From an uncultured Verrucomicrobiae bacterium (GTDB taxonomy: Bacteria; Verrucomicrobiota; Verrucomicrobiia; Opitutales; JABDGR01): 64,000 bases of DNA. Where the stretch lies: the NCBI GenBank assembly GCA_963765205.1, contig CAVXVB010000009.1:960001-1024000 (forward strand), given 5' to 3'. The translations under genes and the position numbers were made by a program. The notes beneath the pieces are model-generated. The model was not told the origin of the DNA. It did no database searches and saw only the letters and a list, made by a program, of their open reading frames with translations. Shown piece by piece: positions 10,128 through 22,154 of this stretch (its first letter is position 1; every line of letters starts with the position of its first letter).

Positions 10128-13100
10128 GTCCGTCCCGGCCATTTATTCTGCGGCCCATTGCGACTTCGCTGCTGATGGTGGCGATATTGCTGGCGGGCGG
10201 CGTGGCGTATCTGCAGTTGCCGGTCTCGGCGCTGCCGGAGGTAGATTACCCGATTATCCAGGTGGTGACGTTTTATCCGGGGGCCAGCCCGCAGGTGATG
10301 GCGTCCTCGATTACCGCGCCGCTGGAGCGGCAATTCGGCGAAGTGCCGGGGCTGAACCAGATGACCTCGTCCAGCTCAAACGGCAGCTCAATCATCACGC
10401 TGCAATTCACGCTGGATTTGGACATTGATGTGGCCGAGCAGGAAGTGCAGGCGGCGATCAACGCCGCGTCCAGCTATCTGCCCAGTGATTTGCCCAACCC
10501 GCCGGTTTACAGCAAGGTCAACCCGGCGGACGCGCCGGTGCTGACGCTGGCGTTGACTTCGAACACGCTGCTGCTGTCCAAGGTAGAAGACCTGGCTGAC
10601 ACGCGGCTGGCGGGCAAAGTTTCGCAACTGTCGGGAGTCGGACTGGTTAGCATCAGTGGCGGGCAAAAGCCGGCGGTGCGCATTCAGGCCAACCCGACGA
10701 TGCTCTCGTCGCTGGGGCTGAGTCTGGAAAGTTTGCGCGCCTCCATTGCGGCGGCGAACGTGGACCAGGCCAAGGGCAATTTTGACGGCGCAAGCCAGGC
10801 CTACACCATTGGCGCCAACGACCAATTGGTGTCCAGCGACCAATACCGCCCGATCATTGTCGCGTATGTGAAAGGCGCGCCGGTGCGGCTCGCGGACGTG
10901 GCCAACGTGATTGATGGCACGGAAGACACCAACCAGGCCGCCTGGATGAACCTTGTGCCGGCCGTCATCGTTAACATCCAACGCCAGCCGGGCGCGAACA
11001 CCATCCAGGTCGTGGACCGCGTGAAAAAATTGCTGCCGCAGTTGCAGGCTTCGTTGCCCGCCTCGGTGAATCTTTCCATCCTGACCGACCAGACCATCAC
11101 GATCCGGGCCTCGGTGGCCGATGTGAAATTCGAGCTGTTCCTGACCATCGCCCTGGTGGTGATGGTGATCTTTTTGTTTTTGCGCAATATTTGGGCCACC
11201 GTCATCCCGAGCGTGGCGGTGCCGCTGTCGCTGTTCGGCACCGTCGGGGTGATGGACCTGCTCGGCTACAGCCTGAACAACCTGACCCTGATGGCCCTGA
11301 CGATTGCGACGGGCTTTGTGGTGGACGACGCCATTGTGATGATTGAAAACATCACCCGCTACGTCGAGGAGGGCGAGCCGCCGCTGCAAGCCGCCTTCAA
11401 GGGCGCGGAGCAAATCGGCTTCACCATCGTCTCGCTCAGCGTGACGCTGATCGCGGTGCTGATTCCGCTGCTGTTCATGGGCGACGTGGTGGGGCGGCTG
11501 TTCCGCGAGTTCGCCATCACGCTGGGCGTGACGATTTTAGTTTCGGCGTTCGTCTCCTTGACACTCACGCCCATGATGTGCGCGCGTTTACTGCACCACA
11601 AGCCGGCCGCCGAGCAAAGCCGGATCTTCCGCGCATCCGAGCGACTTTTCCAGTCGGTGATAGACGCTTATGGCCGCTCGCTCACCTGGGTTTTGCGGCA
11701 TCAAACCGCGACGCTGGTCGTGGCGGTGGCGACGCTGGCGCTGACAGCTTACCTCTACATTGTCATCCCCAAGGGCTTTTTCCCGGTGCAGGACACGGGC
11801 GAAATCCTCGGCATCTCAGAAGCGGCCCAAAGCACCTCCTTTGCCGCGATGGCCCAGGAGCAGCAGGCGCTGGCCAAAGTCATCCTCCAGGATCCGGCGG
11901 TGGACAATCTTTCCTCGTTCATCGGAATTGACGGCATTGACACCACGCTTAATAACGGCCGCATCCAGATCAACCTCAAGCCCATCGCGGAGCGCAAAAT
12001 CAGCGCCAGCGACGTGATCCGCCGGCTCCAGCCCATCCTGACGCAAGCCGTCCCCGGCATCACGCTCTACATGCAGCCCGTGCAGGATTTGACCGTGGAC
12101 GACCGTGTCAGCCGCACGCAATTTCAATACACGCTGGAAGACCCCAACACGGACGAATTGCATTCGTGGGTGGACCGCTTTGTGGCCAAACTCCAAGATT
12201 TGCCGGAGTTGCGCGACGTGGCCAGCGACCAGCAGAATCTTGGGCTGCAGGTGCAGTTGGTCATTGACCGCGACACGGCCTCGCGGCTGGGCATCACGCC
12301 GCAGGCCATTGACGCGACGCTCTATGATGCCTTCGGCCAGCGCGAAATTTCGACCATCTTCACGCAACTTAATCAATATCACGTTGTCCTGGAGGCCAGC
12401 CCGCAATTCCAGCGCAATCCAGAGAACCTGGACCAAATTTTCATCCAATCGGTCAGTGGCACGGCCGTGCCGTTGAGCGCCATCGCGCACATCGAGCGGT
12501 CGAACACGCCACTGACCGTCAATCATCAGGGACAGTTTCCGGTGGTGACCATTTCATTTAACCTCGCGCCCAACGTGTCCCTGGGTGACGCGGTGAAAGC
12601 GATTGACGGCGTGCAGCGCGACTTGGCGATGCCGGCCAGCATTGAGGCATCCTTCCAAGGCACGGCCCAGGCATTCGAGGCCTCTTTGGCGAACGAGCCG
12701 TTGTTGATTCTGGCGGCCATCATCACCGTCTATCTGGTGCTCGGCGTGCTCTACGAAAGTTACATCCACCCGGTGACCATCCTGTCCACGCTGCCTTCGG
12801 CGGCCGTCGGCGCGTTACTGGCCCTGCAACTAACGGGCAACGATTTCAGCGTCATCGCCTTGATTGGGATTGTGCTGCTGATTGGCATCGTGGCGAAAAA
12901 CGCAATTATGATGATTGACTTCGCTCTCGACGCCGAGCGCAAGGAGGGCAAACCGCCGCGCGAGGCCATTTACCAGGCGTGCCTGCTGCGCCTGCGGCCC
13001 ATTCTGATGACGACGATGGCGGCGCTGCTGGCGGGGGTGCCGTTGGCGCTCGGCTCGGGCATGGGCGCGGAACTGCGCCGGCCGCTGGGCATTTCCATCG

Positions 13101-13285
13101 TCGGCGGCTTGATCTTTAGCCAGATGCTCACGCTGTATACCACGCCGGTGATTTACCTCGCCTTTGATCGGTTAGGTCGGCGCATCGGCCTGATCAGTGA
13201 TACCAAACCGGAGCCAGTGACAGAAGCGCCACCCACGTCATCCGCGACCCCACCCGCGCCGCCCCCCGTTCCGCAAGCGTCATGA
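10124..13285 (+). CDS. mdtB: RND efflux permease
   Basis: [27 protein letters not shown] and [14 protein letters not shown]; 1053 aa. Confidence 0.92.
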   Translation: MSPSRPFILRPIATSLLMVAILLAGGVAYLQLPVSALPEVDYPIIQVVTFYPGASPQVMASSITAPLERQFGEVPGLNQMTSSSSNGSSIITLQFTLDLDIDVAEQEVQAAINAASSYLPSDLPNPPVYSKVNPADAPVLTLALTSNTLLLSKVEDLADTRLAGKVSQLSGVGLVSISGGQKPAVRIQANPTMLSSLGLSLESLRASIAAANVDQAKGNFDGASQAYTIGANDQLVSSDQYRPIIVAYVKGAPVRLADVANVIDGTEDTNQAAWMNLVPAVIVNIQRQPGANTIQVVDRVKKLLPQLQASLPASVNLSILTDQTITIRASVADVKFELFLTIALVVMVIFLFLRNIWATVIPSVAVPLSLFGTVGVMDLLGYSLNNLTLMALTIATGFVVDDAIVMIENITRYVEEGEPPLQAAFKGAEQIGFTIVSLSVTLIAVLIPLLFMGDVVGRLFREFAITLGVTILVSAFVSLTLTPMMCARLLHHKPAAEQSRIFRASERLFQSVIDAYGRSLTWVLRHQTATLVVAVATLALTAYLYIVIPKGFFPVQDTGEILGISEAAQSTSFAAMAQEQQALAKVILQDPAVDNLSSFIGIDGIDTTLNNGRIQINLKPIAERKISASDVIRRLQPILTQAVPGITLYMQPVQDLTVDDRVSRTQFQYTLEDPNTDELHSWVDRFVAKLQDLPELRDVASDQQNLGLQVQLVIDRDTASRLGITPQAIDATLYDAFGQREISTIFTQLNQYHVVLEASPQFQRNPENLDQIFIQSVSGTAVPLSAIAHIERSNTPLTVNHQGQFPVVTISFNLAPNVSLGDAVKAIDGVQRDLAMPASIEASFQGTAQAFEASLANEPLLILAAIITVYLVLGVLYESYIHPVTILSTLPSAAVGALLALQLTGNDFSVIALIGIVLLIGIVAKNAIMMIDFALDAERKEGKPPREAIYQACLLRLRPILMTTMAALLAGVPLALGSGMGAELRRPLGISIVGGLIFSQMLTLYTTPVIYLAFDRLGRRIGLISDTKPEPVTEAPPTSSATPPAPPPVPQAS

Positions 13286-16200
13286 ACATTTCGGAGCCAT
13301 TCATTCGCCGTCCGATTGGCACGACGTTGCTGACCTTCGCGGTCGCGCTGGCGGGAGGATTGGCGTATTTTTTCCTGCCGGTGTCGCCGCTGCCGCAAGT
13401 GAATTTTCCGACCATCAGCGTGTCCGCCTCGCTGCCCGGGGCCAGCCCGGAAACCATGGCTTCGGCCGTGGCCACGCCGCTCGAGCGCCAGTTCACGCGC
13501 ATCGCCGGCGTGTCGGAAATGACTTCGACCAGTTACCTCGGGTCTACCTCCATCACGTTACAATTCGACCTTGATCGCGACATTGACGCGGCGGCGCGCG
13601 ATGTGCAGGCGGCCATCAATGCCGCCGCGGGCAACCTGCCAGCCAATCTGCCGATCAAACCCACCTGGCGCAAAGTCAACCCCGCCGACGCGCCCATTTT
13701 AATTCTGGCCCTGACTTCGGACAATTACAGCCCGATGCAAATGTATGACGCCGCGGACTCCATTTTGCAGCAAAAGATCTCGCAAGTCGAAGGCGTGGGG
13801 CAGGTCGGTTTGGGCGGCGGCGCGTTGCCGGCGGTGCGGGTGGATGTGAATCCAACGATTCTGAACAGCGAGGGCCTGGGGCTGGAAAATGTGCGCGCGG
13901 CCCTGGCCAGCGCCAATGCCAACACGCCCAAAGGCTCGCTCGCCAACGACCGGCAAACGGTGGCCCTGAGCACGACCGACCAATTACTTAAGGCCGCGCA
14001 ATACCGCCCATTGATTGTGGCCTACAAAAACGGCGCGCCCGTCCGCCTCTCCGATATTGCGACCGTGACGGACTCCGTCCAAGACGTACGTACGATGGGA
14101 CTGGCCAACGGCAAGCCCGCGGTGCTGGTGTTCATCTTTCGCGAGCCGAATGCCAACATCATTGCCACGGTGGACCGGGTGCGCGCGCTCATTCCCGAAC
14201 TGCAGGCCACCATCCCCGCCGACATCAAAATTTCCGTCGGCATGGACCGCACGCCCACCATTCGCGCCTCGGTGCATGACGTGCAACTAACCATGCTTTG
14301 TTCACTGACCCTGGTGGCCCTGGTGGTGTTTGTGTTTCTGCGCGACTTGCGCACAACCTTCATTCCCTGCATGGTCGTGCCGGTCTCACTGATTGGCACC
14401 TTTGGGTTCATGTATCTGGCCGGCTACACGGTGGACAACCTTTCGCTCATGGCGATGACGATTGCAACGGGGTTCGTGGTGGACGACGCGATTGTCGTGA
14501 TAGAGAATATCATCCGCCATATCGAAGAGGGCGTGGCGCCGCGCGCCGCGGCGTTGCAAGGGGCGCGGGAAATCGGCTTCACCATCCTATCCATCAGCAT
14601 ATCGCTCATCGCCGTCTTCATCCCGATTCTGCTAATGGGCGGCATCGTCGGCCGGCTCTTCCGGGAATTCGCGGTGACGCTGTCCGTGGCCATCGGCATT
14701 TCGATGATTGTGTCCCTCGCGGCGACGCCGATGATGTGCGCCATCCTGCTCAAGCCGCAGAGCGAGCAGCGGCACGGCCGCCTTTACCATGCCAGCGAAC
14801 GGTGTTTCGAGGCGATCCTGGGCGGCTATGCGCGGAGCCTCCGCTGGGTGCTGCGCCACCAATTCCTGATGATCCTGGTGACGCTCGCCACGATCGGCAT
14901 AACCATCTTCCTCTACGTCATCATCCCCAAGGGCTTTTTCCCCCAGCAGGATACCGGGCGGCTCCAAGGCAGCATCGTGGGCGACCAGAACATCTCTTTC
15001 CAGGCCATGCGTCAATTGGTCAGCCAGATTGCCAAAGAAGTCGGGCAAGACCCGGCCGTGGATGCCCTGCTGGCCTCCGTCGGCGGGCAGTCCGCCATCA
15101 ATTCCGGCCGCATGTTTGTGACGCTCAAAGCGCCGGCCATTCGCAAGCTGACGGCGGACCAGGTGGTCGCCCGGCTGCGCGGCAAGCTGGCGCACATTCC
15201 CGGGGCCACGTTGTATTTGCAAACGGTGCAGGAGTTAAAAGTAGGCGGGCGCGCGAGCAACGCCCAATATCAATACACTTTGCAGGACGACGATCTCACG
15301 GAACTCAACACCTGGGCCATCACAATGCTCGACAAAATCAAGCATCTGCCTGGCCTAGTGGACGTGAGCAGCGACCAGCAAGACCGCGGGCTGGCCGCGC
15401 CTTTCACGGTGGATCGCGACACGGCTGCGCGCCTCGGCATCACGGCGCAAGCGGTGGACATCTCCCTCTACGATGCCTTTGGCCAGCGCGAGGTTTCCAC
15501 CATGTATACACCATTGAACCAATATTTCGTCGTGATGGAGGTGGATCCGAAATTCTGGCAAAGCCCAGACGCCCGGAAATACGTTTACGTCACCGGGGCC
15601 AATGGCGCGCAGGTGCCGCTCAACGCCATTGCCACCTATGCCCCGAACACGACCTCACTCGCGGTCAACCACTCCGGGCAGTTTCCCTCGGTCACCCTAT
15701 CCTTCAACCTGGCGCCGGGTTTTTCGCTGGGCACCGCGGTGACCGAGATTGCGCAGGCTCAGCGCGAAATGGGTGTGCCGCCAACGCTGCGCGGCAAGTT
15801 TTTCGGCACGGCGCAGGCCTACCAAAGTTCGCTTGCGAGCGAGCCGCTCCTCATCGTGGCGGCGTTGGTAAGCGTGTATATTGTTTTGGGCATATTGTAT
15901 GAGAGTTTAATTCACCCGGTGACCATTCTTTCGACGCTGCCTTCGGCTGGCGTGGGCGCGCTGCTGGCGCTGCTTGTCTTCCAGACTGAACTGAGTATCA
16001 TCGCCTTGATCGGCATCATTCTGCTGATCGGCATCGTCAAGAAGAACGCCATCATGATGATAGACTTCGCGCTCGAAGGAGAGCGCCAGGGCAAGACCGC
16101 CGAGGCCGCCATTTTTCAGGCCTGCCTGCGGCGTTTCCGCCCCATTATGATGACGACGATGGCTGCGATGCTCGGCGGCTTGCCGCTGGCGCTGGGCGGA

Positions 16201-16410
16201 GGCACCGGGTCGGAACTGCGCCGGCCGCTGGGCATCGCCATCGTCGGCGGCCTGCTATTCAGCCAGATGCTGACTTTGTACACCACGCCCGTGATGTATA
16301 TCTATCTCGACCGTTTCCAGGATTGGTGCCGCAGTCTGCGCCCCGCCCGCCAGCCGGCGCGGGCTCCATCGCCGCTGGCCACGCCTTCGGCGCCCGTCTC
16401 CCATTCTTGA
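13282..16410 (+). CDS. mdtC: RND efflux permease
   Basis: [25 protein letters not shown] and [14 protein letters not shown]; second tandem permease. Confidence 0.92.
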   Translation: MNISEPFIRRPIGTTLLTFAVALAGGLAYFFLPVSPLPQVNFPTISVSASLPGASPETMASAVATPLERQFTRIAGVSEMTSTSYLGSTSITLQFDLDRDIDAAARDVQAAINAAAGNLPANLPIKPTWRKVNPADAPILILALTSDNYSPMQMYDAADSILQQKISQVEGVGQVGLGGGALPAVRVDVNPTILNSEGLGLENVRAALASANANTPKGSLANDRQTVALSTTDQLLKAAQYRPLIVAYKNGAPVRLSDIATVTDSVQDVRTMGLANGKPAVLVFIFREPNANIIATVDRVRALIPELQATIPADIKISVGMDRTPTIRASVHDVQLTMLCSLTLVALVVFVFLRDLRTTFIPCMVVPVSLIGTFGFMYLAGYTVDNLSLMAMTIATGFVVDDAIVVIENIIRHIEEGVAPRAAALQGAREIGFTILSISISLIAVFIPILLMGGIVGRLFREFAVTLSVAIGISMIVSLAATPMMCAILLKPQSEQRHGRLYHASERCFEAILGGYARSLRWVLRHQFLMILVTLATIGITIFLYVIIPKGFFPQQDTGRLQGSIVGDQNISFQAMRQLVSQIAKEVGQDPAVDALLASVGGQSAINSGRMFVTLKAPAIRKLTADQVVARLRGKLAHIPGATLYLQTVQELKVGGRASNAQYQYTLQDDDLTELNTWAITMLDKIKHLPGLVDVSSDQQDRGLAAPFTVDRDTAARLGITAQAVDISLYDAFGQREVSTMYTPLNQYFVVMEVDPKFWQSPDARKYVYVTGANGAQVPLNAIATYAPNTTSLAVNHSGQFPSVTLSFNLAPGFSLGTAVTEIAQAQREMGVPPTLRGKFFGTAQAYQSSLASEPLLIVAALVSVYIVLGILYESLIHPVTILSTLPSAGVGALLALLVFQTELSIIALIGIILLIGIVKKNAIMMIDFALEGERQGKTAEAAIFQACLRRFRPIMMTTMAAMLGGLPLALGGGTGSELRRPLGIAIVGGLLFSQMLTLYTTPVMYIYLDRFQDWCRSLRPARQPARAPSPLATPSAPVSHS

Positions 16411-16417
16411 ATCTGCC

Positions 16418-17866
16418 ATGCACGACCCGACCCATCGGCCTTTCGCCTGTTATCGCCCCCTGACGGCGTTCTTCGCCGCAGCCGTGGCCGGCTGCACGGC
16501 GGTCGGGCCTAATTATGAACGGCCCCCCGTGCCCATTCCGGCCGCTTACAAAAGCGCGGCTCCCACCGAGACGACCACGCCACAGTTGGGTCACGATTGG
16601 TGGAAGCTCTTTAACGACCCACAGTTGGACCAACTTGAGACGCAGGCCGTCAAGGAAAACCAAACCATCCAGGCCGCCATGGCCAGCGTCGAGCAGGCCC
16701 GAGCCGCGGCCAAAGGCGTCAAGAGCGCGTTTTTTCCCGTTATTTCCTTCGACCCTTCCGTAACGCGATCTCATACCTCGGCCAACAACAACGCCAGCGG
16801 CTTTTCGAACTCCGGCACCACGTCCACCAATTATTTACTACCCTTCGATTTGACTTATGAAGTGGACATCTGGGGGCAAGTACGCCGGTCGGTCGAGGCC
16901 GCGAATGCGCAGGTGCAGGCTTCGCAGGCCGATTACGAAGTCGTACTGCAAACCCTCGAAGCGGATCTAGCCCAGGATTATTTCACCCTGCACTCCTACG
17001 ATGCCCAATACCAAACGCTGGTGGACACCGTCGCCACCTACCAAAAGCAACTGGACTTGACCAACCTCCAGTTCAAAGCCGGGTTGGAAAGCGAGGCGGA
17101 CGTGGCCTCGGCGGAAGCATTGCTGGACGCGACCAAGACCCAGCAACTGGAAACCGCCCGCGAGCGCGACGAGGAGGAATACGCCATCGCCATCCTGGCC
17201 AACCGCGCGCCCACGGATTTCTCGCTCCCGCCCAGCCCGTTGCACGTCGAGCCTCCCGTCATCCCCGCCGGCTTGCCGGCGGACTTGCTGCGCCGGCGTC
17301 CCGATGTGGCCGCGGCTGAAGCCAATCTGGCGGCCGCCAGCGCGCAAATCGGCGTGGCCATGTCCGCATATTATCCGCAATTATCACTCACCGGCGACGC
17401 GGGTTTTGAAAGCATAAAGAGTTCGAACCTGCTGGATTGGAGCAGCCGTATTTGGTCGCTGGGGCCGAGCGTGAGCCTGCCGCTTTTCAACGGCGGCAAA
17501 CTGGCGGCCAACCTTGAGCAACAACAGGCCTCGTATAACCAATTCCTGGCCCAGTATCGCGCCCAGGTGCTGTCGGCCTACCAAGATGTGGAGAATTCCC
17601 TGACCGACCTCCACTCCCGCGCCGACGAAGCCCAGGCCCAGGCCGCAGCCGTGCAAGCCTCGCAGGATTACGTCCGCCTGACCCAATTGCAGTTCCAGCA
17701 GGGACTGGTGGACTACTTGACGGTCATTGACGCGTTCCGGACGCTGCTGACCAACCAACTCACCGCCGAACAGATTCTGAACGAACGGCTCGTCTCGACA
17801 GTATTGCTGATCAAAGCCCTCGGCGGCGGGTGGGACGGGACGGCGCCGGGGCCGCCCAAGGATTAA
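16418..17866 (+). CDS. Outer-membrane efflux factor lipoprotein (NodT/OprM family)
   Basis: Lipobox VAGC-TAVGPNYERP, WWKLFNDPQL, LLRRRPDVAAAE and KALGGGW. Confidence 0.93.
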   Translation: MHDPTHRPFACYRPLTAFFAAAVAGCTAVGPNYERPPVPIPAAYKSAAPTETTTPQLGHDWWKLFNDPQLDQLETQAVKENQTIQAAMASVEQARAAAKGVKSAFFPVISFDPSVTRSHTSANNNASGFSNSGTTSTNYLLPFDLTYEVDIWGQVRRSVEAANAQVQASQADYEVVLQTLEADLAQDYFTLHSYDAQYQTLVDTVATYQKQLDLTNLQFKAGLESEADVASAEALLDATKTQQLETARERDEEEYAIAILANRAPTDFSLPPSPLHVEPPVIPAGLPADLLRRRPDVAAAEANLAAASAQIGVAMSAYYPQLSLTGDAGFESIKSSNLLDWSSRIWSLGPSVSLPLFNGGKLAANLEQQQASYNQFLAQYRAQVLSAYQDVENSLTDLHSRADEAQAQAAAVQASQDYVRLTQLQFQQGLVDYLTVIDAFRTLLTNQLTAEQILNERLVSTVLLIKALGGGWDGTAPGPPKD

Positions 17867-18002
17867 GGAGGCTGGAGGCGATTCAATATCGCAGTCTCGA
17901 CCGGGCGCTTTTTTATAGATGCCAGTAAATCCACGCCCAAGAAATTGATCCCACGCAATCTAAAACAGGCAACTGGCCGCAGTCCTAGATAGGGCCGCCG
18001 TT

Positions 18003-18359
18003 TTATTCACGCCAGGTTTTGACAACCACGCCGTTCTGGAACTCGACCGCAGCGGTTTGGGTCGTGTGGGTTCGGTCCACGGCCACGTAGAAGATCATGA
18101 AAGTTTTGGCGGCAGTTTTGGTTTCGCTGTAATCCCACCGCCAAACCTCCCGGCCGTTGTCCTCGGTGATTTTTGTGGCTGGATACCCCAGCAGGTCGAC
18201 CACAAAATCCTTGGGTTTACCGGGTTGGACTTGGGCGAACAAATCATCCGGGATGGTTTTTCCAGCGATATTGGTATTTGAACTGTTGGTGGCAAAACAG
18301 CCGGTCAAGCCGAGACCAAGCAGGCTGGCGGCGAAGAACGGAATAATTTCGGAAGCCAT
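18003..18359 (-). CDS. Small lipoprotein, SmpA/BamE-like domain
   Basis: Lipobox LTGC; VQPGKPKDFVVDLLGYP...W.WDY...VEFQNGVV. Confidence 0.7.
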   Translation of the reverse strand: MASEIIPFFAASLLGLGLTGCFATNSSNTNIAGKTIPDDLFAQVQPGKPKDFVVDLLGYPATKITEDNGREVWRWDYSETKTAAKTFMIFYVAVDRTHTTQTAAVEFQNGVVVKTWRE

Positions 18360-18626
18360 AGTGGAATTTCATATGATTTATGGATACAGGCTGGAGGTTG
18401 CGGAGGTGCGAGCAGGTTGAATGCTGCGGAGTGCAGTGACTAATTTGACGGATTATAAGAAAAAGGCGGCACCAAGGAAATGGGGTGAACACCCACCATC
18501 TTTTCGTTGGTCGGAGATTGACTGACTGGAGCAAAACGTTAGGACTAAGCGAAGACAATGGTGGCCTTTATTGCCGTGGTCATTCCGCAACCCAAGACTT
18601 CAAGAAGTTTCAATTCCTCAAATCCC

Positions 18627-19536
18627 ATGTGTGCTGCACAAACCGGGCCGGAATGCCTGCTGGCCTGCGGCGCCGTGGTCATCACCGGCGCATCTTCTGG
18701 AATTGGCGAGGAGTTCGTCAAGGTAATCACGACCCTGAACTCCAAAGCGAAGTTTTTCAATCTCTCCCGCACGTCGCCCGATGATTCGTTGACGGGCCGG
18801 ACAACTTCGCCATTGCCCGACGGATCTGTCCAGCGCGGCCGGCCAGGAGACCGCCATCACGGCGGTGGAAGCATGGCTGGATGAAGCGGGCCAGGAGGGA
18901 AGCATCCTGCTCATCAACAATAGTGGCTTTGGTTCCTTTGGTTTTTTTCCCGAGCCTTCGCTGGAACGCAGCCTGCAAATGATTGATTTAAACATCCGCG
19001 CGCCCGTGGTGCTCACGAGCCGGCTGCTCCCACGCATGAAAGAGCGCGGCGGAGCGGTCATTAACATTTCCGCGACCGCTGCCTTTCAACCCACTCCATT
19101 TTTTGCCCTTTATGGCGGCACCAAGGCGTTTCTCATGAATTGGAGCCTGGGTTTGTGGCGGGAATTGCGCGACACCAAAGTGCATGTGCTGTGCGTGTGC
19201 CCGGGGCCAACCAACACTAATTTTTTCCGCGCGGCGGGTTTTTCGAAGCCGCCCGTGTCGGAAAAGATGTGCCAGACGCCGAGGCAAGTCGTACAGGAAT
19301 CCTTGCGGGCGCTCGCGGCACGTCAACCTCTGGTGGTATGCGGTTGGTCCAATAAACTGGCGGTGATGATCAGCAGTCGCATCCCGCGGGTCTGGGTCAC
19401 CCTGTTGACCTACATGACTTTGAAAAAGCTGCAGACTGGCCCGATGATCGAAAAAATTAAATTGCCGCAGCGTGCTTTTAATAAAACCTGGAGGGCCCTG
19501 CCCGCAGGAAAAGAAAATGTCGCGACCCGTGATTAA
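18627..19536 (+). CDS. Short-chain dehydrogenase/reductase, frameshifted near 18800
   Basis: VITGASSGIG in one frame; LINNSGFG, YGGTK (YxxxK) and VCPGPTNTNF in another. Confidence 0.8.
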
Positions 19537-20646
19537 CGGTCCGGCTGTTGCAGCCCCCGCCAGGTGCGCCCCCGCCAGCGAACGCCGACGGGCAACCAAC
19601 TGACCAACCACATTACGGAGTGTAAAACGGGCCAGGTTGCGAACATGATGAGGGCCGGGAGGGACAGTAACTGACGGCCGCTGGCTTGCCGGTCGAGCAC
19701 CACCACCACCCATATTTCCGCGCCGTATTGCAGCAACAAACCGACCCACGCCATAACGTGCTGGGGAAATATCAGCACCGCCACGAACCAGCCCAACAGG
19801 GGATTGATGAGTAATTGGCAGGCATAACCAAGCGGCTGGCACCAACGGATTGTTTTGTGCCAACGCTGGTAATGACGCAAGGCGCCCCACCAAGTGCTTT
19901 CCTCGGCCAGAGTTTCCAGTGCGGGGAGCGCCACGCGGCACCGCCCCAGGGTATGGCCGACCGCGAAATCATCCGCCAAATGACGGCCCAATGCCGCCCA
20001 ATCGCACTGGCGCAAAAAAATATCGCGGCGAAATAACATGGCGGCTCCAAACGCGAAATTCACCTCGCGACCGAGCACCACTTGCAGAGCCGCGCCGGGA
20101 AGCATCTCGGCATTGACAAAGGCGGCATCCCACCAGCCGAGGGGATTGGCCGGAGTCTGCACGTAATAGGGAAAGGTCACCAAATTCGCGTGCGAGAAGT
20201 GGAAGGCGGCGCGGCGCGCTTGCTCCAGCCAGCCAGCGGGCGCGACAATGTCGGCATCGCTCCACAGCCACCACGGGCCGCGCGCGTGCGGGGCCAGCCA
20301 TTCGAGCCAGGAAATTTTGGCGTTGGCGTGGACGTCCCCGCCGGCGCGAAAAAAAACCCGCACCCGCCCGGTCGGGCCGGCCATTTGCAATTGCGTGATC
20401 CACGGTTGGGCGGCGGCGCGATCCTCCTCGTGCAGACCCAGCAGAAGCTCGGTGGCACTGTCCAGTTGCCACACGAATGAATGCAAGGCGGCGCGCAACC
20501 CCGCGCTGGCGCCGGCGGGCCCCAAACGCGGCACCGGCTTAAAGATGGTGATCATTTCCCCAAGGCGCGGGACCCGCCCATCCGGCCGTCCGGCGGCATT
20601 TTCCCACCAGACCATGCGCCGCCAGCCACCAGCACAGCGCCGCCAT
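19533..20646 (-). CDS. HpnI/ceramide-glucosyltransferase-like glycosyltransferase (start uncertain, possible 5' frameshift)
   Basis: IFKPV, NAKI, WSDADI, FAFGAAM, HLADDF and HYQRWHKTIR, plus C-terminal TMs and V.WRGR. Confidence 0.75.
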
Positions 20647-20685
20647 TGACCAAGCCAGCAAAGTGTATATCATTCAGCGCAAGCT

Positions 20686-21500
20686 ATGCACGTCCCGGAG
20701 CCAAAGCCCAGCCCAAAGGAAAGATTCTTATTCATCGCCGATGATTTTGGGCTGGATGAAACAACCAACCGCGCCATTTTGCACGCCCATCTTAAGGGTG
20801 CGCTGCACGGCGCAGCGTTGATGATGGGCCAGCCTGGCACGGCGGAGGCCGTGGCGATGGCGCGCGACCACCCCACCCTGCGCATCGGACTGCACTGGCA
20901 CTTTAATGATTCGCGGCCACTCACGCGGACGACTTGGCCCTGGGGCAGGTCACCGTCAGCGGCGGGCTGGGCGATTGGCTTGCGCCAGGCCCATCGCTCG
21001 CTCGCTTTGGCGGAAGCCCAGGCGCAATTGGAGGTTTTTCTCGCCACCGGCTTGCCCGCATCCTTTATCAATTCACATCACCATTTGCAAATCCACCCGC
21101 GACTGTGGCGCCCGTTGTGGCGGCTGGCGGAACGCCTGCCGGGAGCGTGGCTGCGCCTAGGCTGGCCGTATTTTTTTGACCGGGGCCCCTACGCTACCAG
21201 CACCGCTGTGGGCGCTTGGTTATTGGGAACGCGACCGCGTCACGAATGGGGTGGCGCAGCCAGTGCCGGGCTGTGGGGACTGGATCGGAATTTTTCCATG
21301 CGTCCCGACGAAGTGCGGCGCGCGGTGGCGTTAAATGTGCCGGACTGCCAGGAATTCCTCTTTCACCCGCGCACCTGCGACGATCAGGATACTCGCTGCT
21401 TGATTAATCTCGGGCGTACCGCTCAGCTCATTAACACCCTCGCGCCACTACGCCCATTTTGCCTGCGTAACGATGTTTTCGCTTTTCCCAACGAAACCAT
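20686..21500 (+). CDS. ChbG/HpnK (YdjC) family deacetylase; 3' boundary uncertain, runs into the next domain
   Basis: FIADDFGL, NRAILHAH..G.L..A.LMM, IGLHWH, INSHHHLQIHP and EFLFHP. Confidence 0.85.
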
Positions 21501-22154
21501 CTGGCACCATGAAAACGGCGGGCACGATGGGAGCGAGCAGGGAAAGGGACGATCGGCGGCGAAAAGTATATGCGGCGCTGCTTTGTGCTCACGCGCTCCG
21601 CGGCGCAATTCTGGCGATTCGCGCGGTTTGCGCCGGACCAACCGCGCCCCTCGACGGCCGAATTGGCCAAGTGTATTCGCACCGTGGTCGCCCGCCCCAT
21701 CTGCAACGCCAAGCGCCATCCGGAGCGCGTAACCGTGGGTGGGTTTGCCAACTTGCGGGAAGCCAGCGCGGCGGAACCCGACGCTTTCCGCGCCAACCTG
21801 GGGGGTTGGTGGCAGTCGTATTTCCGCTTCGGCAACTGGCGCATTATTCTGCCGAATAGTCCGCGCGATCAACGCACGGCTTTGGCCCAATTGCGGCAAT
21901 TGCTGGCCCAGGAGGGGCCCACCGTGCTTTGGCTGATCAACTTCCCGTGGTTGAGCATGAACCACGCCGTCCTCGCGACGCGCGAAACCGCCGGGGCGCC
22001 CGGGCACATTGAAGTTTATGATCCAAATCTACCCGACAAGGCGCAGACGCTCGTCTTCGATGAAGCTTTAAGCCAGTTTAATTATCCACCCACTTTTTAT
22101 TTTCGCGGCGGCGCAGTCGGGGTGCGCCTTGCCTATCACAAACCATGGCATTAA
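21440..22154 (+). CDS. Hypothetical protein or domain, apparently frameshifted near 21560
   Basis: RPF....DVFAFPNETIW continues in another frame as RRCFVL...QFWRFARF...GNWR...MNHAVL...VYDPN; Cys/His/Asp in the order seen in papain-like folds. Confidence 0.55.

Noticed and set aside
8850..17866. mdtABC-OMF as the dedicated exporter of the BGC
   Set aside because: An ordinary widespread operon separated from the cluster by an opposite-strand gene; the cluster has its own MMPL/LolA, so adjacency alone is not evidence
18813..18825. Possible att copy of the tRNA-Gln 3' end (ttgcccgac)
   Set aside because: Only a 9-bp match, inside the SDR coding region, and the same 9-mer occurs near 45482; expected by chance
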